This document shows, in pieces, positions 62,911 through 64,000 of a DNA stretch of 64,000 nt. The position numbers were made by a program, and so were the translations under genes. The DNA is from Lama guanicoe (Eukaryota), in contig MU054220.1 of NCBI GenBank assembly GCA_013239625.1, positions 8,777,367-8,841,366 on the forward strand, read 5' to 3'. The notes beneath the pieces were generated by a model. The model ran no database searches, had not been told where the DNA came from, and worked only from the letters and a program-made list of their open reading frames with translations. Numbering within the stretch: the stretch's first letter is position 1; every line of letters starts with the position of its first letter.

Positions 62911-64000
62911 GAACAGAGAAGGGTTCAGAATGCCTTGGATTAATTTTATCCATTTTCTGGGGAAGCATGGCAGCAGGGTCCACTTTGATATTCAGCTTCT
63001 TTCAGCTGCAAACAGTGGAAAAAATTGGCCCAAATAAGGTCTCACTCTCTCTCTCTCTCTTTTTTTAATTCATGCTTATCAAATTGTTCCAATAATTCAG
63101 CCAAGTCCAGGGAATTATTTGGGGTGAGTAGTGTCAGCATTGAAAATAAACTAACTCTAAAATATTAATGGCTGAACGGCAGTTAGAGGGGTGGAGATTT
63201 GAGGGAGGTTTGTGGTTCTACTCCACGCAAAAATTCAGGGAACCAAAAGATGGAAGCTTGGCGTCTTTAATATATATTGTCACCATATCCTAGGGCCTTG
63301 AATTTCTGGATCCTCTGCAGTGAGAAATATAGTCTGTCTGTGTGCCACAGAGAAAGAAAATGGTTTATTAGACAATTAGCTAGTCAGTCTATGCCATATT
63401 TTAAATCACTGGACTCATGGCATTATAGATTGTTAATAATAAAAAAATCAACTTCTGATATATACGGGAGAAGTGAAGTTGTCTGATCTTTGCCCAGACA
63501 TTGCCTAGCTCTGGCAATAACCAATTATGTGATTTGGGGCAATTAACTTTTCTAAGATTCAATCTCCTTATTTCTAAAATGGTGGGGGCCCAATAAATCA
63601 GACAGTCCATATGAATTAGGTATACTAAAATAAGATATGCAATACCCTATTTTATTTCTTTAATTCATCTCTGAAATTAATAATGTTAGTGGACATTTGG
63701 TAGATCCAGTAAATCCACTTTAGCCAGCGGTTCATTAATAAGTAGTCATTGAAAGTTTCGGTCACCTTTTGTCAGACTGTCCCTTCACCAACACCAGGTC
63801 AAAGAGAATACCACATGGCTTTAGAATGTTAGAATCACTGTGACTCAATGAAAACTTGGCCATTTTTAGACTTACTGATTAAGACTTGCTTACTAAACAC
63901 TGAGCTGTATAAAATTATTCTGGATTCTGAAAGGGTCTAGTATTTCAGGAAATACAATCATAAATTCCATGTATGGTAGCAGTTGTCTCCAATGAATGAC

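Noticed and set aside
1..64000. Short ORFs in the supplied six-frame track as host genes
   Set aside because: Many start at non-ATG codons, lie in repeats or low-complexity DNA, and show no recognisable domains or consistent exon chain. Their lengths fit chance expectation.

Overview
AT-rich, CpG-depleted mammalian nuclear DNA, intergenic or deep-intronic. It is most likely camelid: there is a Vic-1-like tRNA-Ala-derived SINE at ~61.3 kb and several copies of one young L1 3' end. I find no supportable host protein-coding gene, RNA gene, CpG island or CRISPR array. The only recognisable protein-coding sequence is disabled LINE-1 ORF1/ORF2, and the other ORFs in the track look like noise. Much of the window is transposable-element debris: L1, L2, MIR, MaLR/ERVL/ERV1 LTRs and hAT/Tigger DNA elements. 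Subfamily names come from my memory of consensus sequences, boundaries are approximate, and both need RepeatMasker/Dfam confirmation. I did not find a convincing new biological system. The best second-look items are: a very asymmetric twin-primed L1 with a 16-bp TSD, two further rearranged L1s, a four-level nested TE stack, a 134-bp tandem duplication beside a GGAA tract, a 65-bp dispersed copy of an acceptor-like sequence, a 32-bp near-perfect palindrome, and a few candidate enhancer motifs and exon-like segments.
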